NCBI RefSeq assembly: GCF_009914755.1
Contig: NC_060943.1
DNA from: the human T2T-CHM13v2.0 reference genome, Homo sapiens
Length of the DNA: 64,000 nucleotides
Direction: 5' to 3' (one strand)
The position numbers and the translations under genes are program-made. Shown here piece after piece: positions 19,943 to 64,000 of the stretch (positions are counted from its first letter, which is position 1; the number at the start of each line of letters is the position of its first letter). The notes under the pieces are model-generated. The model had not been told where the DNA came from, ran no database searches, and saw only the letters and a program-made list of their open reading frames with translations.

Positions 19943-20134
19943 ATGGCGGGCGCCCCTCCCCCAGCCTCGCTGCCGCCTTGCAGTCAGCGAGACTCTGTGG
20001 GCGTAGGACCCTCCGAGCCAGGTGCGGGATATAATCTGGTGCGCCGTTTTTTAAGCCCGTTGGAAAAGGCGCAGTATTTGGGTGGGAGTGACCCGATTTT
20101 CCAGGTGCCGTCTGTCACCCCTTTCTTTGACTAG
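19943..20134 (+). other. L1 antisense ORF0 derivative (63 aa)
   Basis: MAGAPPPASLPPCS-QRDSVGVGPSEPG matches the ORF0 N-terminus; C-terminus frameshifted. Confidence 0.75.
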
Positions 20135-20668
20135 GAAAGGGAACTCCCTGACCCCTTGTGCTTCCCGAGTGAGGCAATGCCTCGCCCTGCTTCGGCTCAC
20201 GCACAGTGGGCTGCACCCACTGACCTGCACCGTCTGGCACTCCCTAGTGAGATGAACCCGGTACCTCAGATGGAAATGCTGAAATCACCCATCTTCTGCG
20301 TTGCTCACGCTGGGAGCTGTAGACCAGAGCTGTTCCTATTCGGCCATCTTGGCTCCTCCCTGACCAAAAGCTTTTAAGCACGTGTACCAGCATGACTCTA
20401 CCCTTTGCAACTGTGCCATGAATATTAGATAGGAAAAGTGTCCGTGGCGGAAACAGAAGCTGCTCCAGCACTCTTCAGGAAGAAAAATATAGCAGCAGCA
20501 GCAGCAGCCGCCAATAACATAAGGGGAATTAAAACCTGTCCATCAGACTGAATCAGGTTCAACATTTGAGCACATCTAATATTCTAAGATGTAGATTCTG
20601 AAAGCAGGTAAGCTCTTTCTCTTCCTGCAGATACTACTTCCACTTAATGTAAGAAAATTCCTAGCTTT

Positions 20669-23438
<2,770 letters not shown>

Positions 23439-23785
23439 TCAGAACAAAGAAATTAGCAAAGCAACAGGGCTCATTTCCTGTTTGTTTGGGGTAGGAAGCT
23501 GTATTCATTTTATTCTTCTGATTTCCAAAGAAAAACATTTTTGTGGGCCCGGGACACTGTGCCTACTGGGTTAAGTAGGCCTTGGTCAGTAGATGAATAA
23601 TGAGCTAAGTGATCAAGTTCCCATGTTTCAATCTCACATCTATAACTGAAAAATGTATATCCATTCAATGGGGACCCTTTTTCTCACACACAAAGCACAT
23701 GTTTACAGCAGACAGGCTGAGAAACATATCATCTGCAGCCAAACAACTAAAAAAAAATACCATGACACAGTCAAGAATCATAAAG

Positions 23786-23791
23786 TTTACT
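23786..23791 (-). terminator. ANKRD27: Probable ANKRD27 polyadenylation signal (variant AGTAAA); alternative AATAAA at 23509-23514
   Basis: Hexamer ~1.1 kb after the stop, followed on - strand by GTGTCATGG plus a T-rich tract. Confidence 0.5.
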
Positions 23792-24909
23792 GTTTCTTTT
23801 CCATCATTTGGCACATATCCAAGGCACATTAGAAAATTAGAAATCATAAATTACTTTGTAGAAAAATAATCCCTCCCTTCCTTCTGTACATACACAAGTA
23901 TTTCCAAGAACATGGACAAAACCATTTCCCTATCACAAGGTCATTTGAAAACGGACTCAGGACAAACCCATATACGTGTAGCTCTAGGCCAATAACATAA
24001 AAATAACAGTATAATCTATAGAAATTTATAAAAAGGAATAAATGGCAATAAATTCTAACCGAAAGTAACTCTGACCTGGTTTGTGCTGTTAAGTTTTGAA
24101 TTTGAATCAAAAGACTAAGAAAAGATGTGCCAAATCTACTCTCTAATCCAGTAACCATCCCGTCAGGTGTGAGTGTGACAGACATTCAAGGGAGGTTCTC
24201 AACAAAAAGGGATGTTTCTAGAAATACTGCTACAGGTGCACGTGTAGTAACCGAATATCTGTACCTACTTGTTAGAAGGAAAATGATAACCACCCTTTCC
24301 CATGTGCATGATGTGGAACAGGTCTGATGCATCCTTTCACTAAAATGAATATCAAAATGGGATTGAGGCATCTTTTGGTTCGAGTGTTGCTTTGCAAAGA
24401 AACATTGTCCAGCTGCTGCTTTCTTCCTTCAGATATGACATTTCAGCCTGGCCTCTACAGTACCATGAAACCTAAATTACTTACTTCTCTCCAGCTTAAT
24501 CCTAGGTGGAGGAATTCTAGCTGTGGTTTGTGAATGTACACAGGTCAGAGAGGTTTAGCACCTTTTGGGAGGAGGAGGTCAGAATGCGGTGGTGAAACCT
24601 CTCCCACTGTGACCAACAAACCCTCATACTTAAAAAGAAGCATGCACCTCTGGCTTAAGGATCTGGATGCTACTGGAATTTTTGTCTGTTTCAATTGTAT
24701 TCATTAGCTTTGAAGAGGAGAGAGATGGTGGTGGTTAACTTTTTTGTTGCATTCTTTCCTGCCACAGAAAAGCTTTCAGGAACTTGGTGCTGAAGACTTC
24801 TCAAGCCAGTCTCATGGAAGCACATTTAGTTCTCAGATGTGTTCACGCTCAGCATCATCTTGTTGCATCCTTGCTTCCTAGCAGTGGGTTCAACAACTCC
24901 TCATTCCTG

Positions 24910-58259
<33,350 letters not shown>

Positions 58260-58755
58260 CTGCAGGGAAAAAACCAAACACACCACGAGATGTCAGTGCA
58301 GATCCTTCAAAACCCAGCACCTCAGCAACAACCCCGGCTGTCTCTTCAGAGCAGTATCGGCTGCGCCTCTCTCCCGTCTCATATGGGACCTGCTCACTGA
58401 GACGGAGGACGGGCTGACGTCAGGTGGGGAGAAGGCTTCCTGGAAGTGGAGGCTTTGACGGTTGCTCCCTGTGGGGGATGGGGATGGTGGCGGCACCCTG
58501 ACTGCGTGTATATGTGGAATGTGCCATCTCCAGCGTGGAATGCGGCGCACACACACCATTGTCCTCCAGATGGAAACTCACATTGCCGTGGCCTCCCTTC
58601 CTCCTCAAGCCTCTGACCAAATGCCTGCACAGCCCAATTCCCTGCTGTCTTATCTGAGGCCTTTGGGCAGGAAAGCCATTTCACAAGCTGGTCTCAATTT
58701 CCCACTGTCAACCAGCAGGAGAGAGAGGGGTCTTGCTTTTTGGATGTGCCTATTA

Positions 58756-59262
<507 letters not shown>

Positions 59263-60026
59263 TCACTTGAACCCCGCAAGTGGAGGTTGCGGTGAGCCAA
59301 GATGGTGCCACTACACTCCAGCCTGGGTGACAGAGCAAGACTCCATCTCAAAAAAAAAAAAAAAAAGGCAAAACTCTAGATACTTTCCATAATACTTTAT
59401 GAAATCATTTCTCGCAAGACAGTTCAATGCTTCCTTGAGCACCTGCAACCAAACCATGTAATGACAAATTCGCTTCCTGAAAAGGGTCTTGGTGGGAAGT
59501 CAAGGGAATTTTCTCCAGCCAGCGGCTGCCAGAAAACCCCCAAACCCTGACAAATTTGTGGAATAAGGATGTCTCTTTACAGCCCTCTAAGTTTTGACTT
59601 GGAGGTCCACCTAAAGATAGAGCTGACAGCATCTCTGGGGATAGGCCATTCCTGGGGTCCTCTGCCATGCAGGGTCCTCCCAGCAGTCCCCCAGGAGGGT
59701 TAACTTAGCAAATGAACACCAGCACCTGTGAGAGGCGCTTCTGCCCCCAGCTGCTGTGTGCCATATAAAGCTCTAACAATCCACTTTACACCGCAATTCA
59801 CAGCTGAGGAGCTTAGGGTCAGAGAAACATCACACATTGTTATCCGGGTAAATCCAGCACTCTTTCCGCAACTCTGGTTAACGATTTAGACAGCAGTGAT
59901 GAAGACAGGTAGGTCTCCCAAGACTGAATCTTCAGGGAAGAATGAGCTATTGGAAGAGAGGGGGTATCAGCAAGGACTTACTAAAGAAATTGGTAAATCC
60001 TTTCTATGAGAAACCCAGTAACGTAA

Positions 60027-60263
<237 letters not shown>

Positions 60264-60266
60264 TAA

Positions 60267-60443
<177 letters not shown>

Positions 60444-61193
60444 TAATTTATTTTCAGAAAGCTGAAGTCTTCATTTATGAACATGCTTAAAGAATGTTGA
60501 GCAGGTGTGGTGGCTCATGCCTGTAATCCCAGCACTTTGGGAAGCTGAGGTGGGAGGATCACATGAGCCCAGGAGTTCAAGCTCAGCCTGGGCAAAATAG
60601 CGAGACCTCATCTCTACAAAAAATTTAAGAATTAAAAAATTAGCCAGGTGTGGTGGCACACACCTGTAGTCCCAGCCACCCAGGAGGCTGAGGCAGGAGG
60701 ATCCCTTTGAGCGCAGGAGTTGGAGGCTGCAGTGAGCTAGGATCACACCACTGCACTCCACCCTGGGTGACAGAGCGAGATCCTGTCTCTAAGAAAAATA
60801 AAAGCTTATGGTCATCTCAAGTATATTTTGCAGAGAAAATTTCCATGAAACTATATTATATAAAATCAATAGTAAAATCTAACTGGATGTCCTCATATTT
60901 AGTCCTTGATACTTTTCAGAAACCTCTTCTGCTGTGAGGAGATACACTTGGGATTTTTCCCTAGGAAACACCATCAATACATAGCAATGACTCTCTACAT
61001 TCCTAAAGGGAACTTCATTACTTAAACCAGTGAGCAGCTAAGACAGAGGCCATGATACAGACAGAATCACAACAACAAGGAAGCCACGACGCCTGCTCCG
61101 TCAATTACAGGCCACAGTAAATATACGAGCATCTCTCAATACCTGCAGGGTGGGCTTCACAGCCAGCCGTGAGGATGATGCATACCTGTCTCA

Positions 61194-61702
<509 letters not shown>

Positions 61703-62190
61703 TCAAACCAACACCAGCACGAGAGAAGGAACCTCTCAAATATTACTGCCAATGTGCCTGCAATATTTTCTGAAATAAAAGGAGGTGTGAGAAGCCGATG
61801 TATACTGTTTGGTCAGCCACCTCCTTACAACCTGGTGAAGGCCTCCACAGAAAATGAGAAAGCAGAAGACAGCCACGCTACAGGGAGCAGCAAGGGGATG
61901 GGAGCATCTTTGAGAGGTGGACACCTCCTTCCAGGTGACCAGAGACACCCTGGGCCCAGCAAGGCACAGCAGAGTGATTCCTCTGCAGGGCAGGAAAGCC
62001 GGCCAGGGAGTGAACTCTCAGACCAATCTGTTTCTTGCCCTGCAAGAACCAGAGGGCAGGGCAAAAACCACTGCAGGCACGGTGAGAGAAACACAAGTTC
62101 CCACAGCCTCATAGAAAACAAGTCAAACTCACAACTCTTACTCCCCAGCCTTGGAAATGAACAGAAATTCTGATCTGCACACACGCATAG

Positions 62191-62376
<186 letters not shown>

Positions 62377-62620
62377 TAGAATCTTGCTGATTTCCCCCTA
62401 AATATGGAAACAAGGCAGAAGAAAGAAACTTTTCAGAAGAGCCACAGCCAGCCACATCCGAGATGCGATGGATGACCCCCAATTTCACTGGCAGCTGAGT
62501 GGGGTGATTAAATCAGACTTCAGAGAAGAGCAGAGATTAATTCTTCAACAAGTACCTGAATACTGTCAACGAGTACAGCGAGATCATGATCTAAAATTTT
62601 GGTTAAAAAGATAACTGTGT

Positions 62621-63277
62621 TCATTCCTTGCTACCGCCAAGTCACGTGGAGGCAGAGGCTCAGGTGTGTTCAAGATTCAGCTGCGTCCGTGACCCACCGC
62701 CATAGCCAAGGAAGGCATTGTACTGCTACACCTGTGACCCACTGCCATGGCTGAGGAAGGTCTTGCACTGCTGCACCCATGACCCACAACCGTGGCTGAG
62801 GAAGACATTGCACTGCTGCACCCGTGACCCACTGCCATGGCCGAGGAAGACATTGCTGCTGGCGGTGTAATGGACGTTAACACTGATTTACAAGGGGTGC
62901 TGAAGGACGCCTTCATCCACGGTGGCCTAGCACATGGAATTCGCCAAGCTGCCAAAGCCTCAGACGACTGCTGAGCCCATCTTGGTGTGCTTGCATCCAA
63001 CTGTGATAAGCCTGCATGTGCCACATTAGGGAGACCCTAGGTGCTGAACACCAGGTCAAACTAATTAAGATTGATGACAATGAGAAACGAAAGGAATGGG
63101 TAAGGCCTCTGTAAAACGACAGAGAGGGGAGACCCTATGAAGGGGCTAGCTGCAGCTATGTAGCAGTTAAGGACTTTGGCAAAGAATCTCGGGCCAAGGA
63201 TGTGATTGAGGAGTGCTTCACATGCAAGAAATGAACGAATAAAATGCTGGCTCACATGCCTCAAAAAAAAAAAAAAA
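62621..63277 (+). pseudogene. Processed pseudogene of ribosomal protein S12 (RPS12), antisense within an ANKRD27 intron
   Basis: Intronless; RPS12-like 5' UTR; [23 protein letters not shown] at 62837; premature TGA 62972-62974; native stop 63232-63234; AATAAA 63238; poly(A); imperfect TSD AAAAAGATAACTGTGT / AAAAAGATACAATTGTGT. Confidence 0.95.
62681..62860 (+). repeat. 45-bp tandem repeat x4 made from the RPS12 start-codon region
   Basis: Units begin at 62681, 62726, 62771, 62816; consensus CTGCACCCGTGACCCACTGCCATGGCYGAGGAAGRCATTGCACTG. Confidence 0.92.
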
Positions 63278-63409
63278 GATACAATTGTGTATGCATAGAA
63301 AAAAAGACAAATGCTAAAATATTAATAAGTGTCACCCCTGGCTAGTAAGTTTATGGGAAGTTTTTGTTGTCTTCACTGCCATTTTATAGACTGCAAATAT
63401 TATTTGTAA

Positions 63410-63890
<481 letters not shown>

Positions 63891-64000
63891 TGAATGTGGT
63901 GGAAATGCCTGCACCTGAGAGCACCTGGACAGGCTGATGCTGTCTCCCAGACGCTTTAGCTCATCATTATTTTGGGAGATTCTACATCAAAGTCTGACAA

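Noticed and set aside
20490-20512. Short (CAG)n run near the L1 5' end
   Set aside because: Only about 5-6 units, non-coding, unremarkable
62677-63024. 115-aa minus-strand ORF with repeated SSAMAVGHG
   Set aside because: Antisense reading of the pseudogene and its 45-bp repeat; no splice or conservation evidence visible
62837-63234. RPS12 copy as a functional retrogene
   Set aside because: In-frame TGA at codon 46 and many substitutions or indels downstream

Overview
Human-type (primate) genomic DNA, very Alu-rich, matching the PDCD5-ANKRD27 locus (chr19q13.11 from recall). The + strand carries the complete 6-exon PDCD5 gene (CpG-island promoter, spliced CDS 378 nt = 125 aa). The - strand carries the last 17 coding exons and 3' UTR of ANKRD27/VARP (aa ~373-1050). 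The two genes converge and are separated by a full-length, inactivated L1PA3-type LINE-1 with a perfect 13-bp target-site duplication (TSD). ANKRD27 introns host a retroposed H/ACA snoRNA (SNORA68-like, with poly(A) tail and TSD) and an RPS12 processed pseudogene whose start-codon region is tandemly repeated four times. I found no evidence of a wholly new biological system. The most interesting candidates are: the snoRNA retrogene with intact structure; a 45-nt in-frame VAMP7-binding micro-exon enclosed in an inverted-Alu hairpin; the L1 with a retained ZNF93-type segment and an altered ORF0; and an intronic-polyadenylation isoform of PDCD5. Exon coordinates were counted by hand and checked by reading frame. 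Repeat subfamilies and residue functions come from recall, not from database searches.
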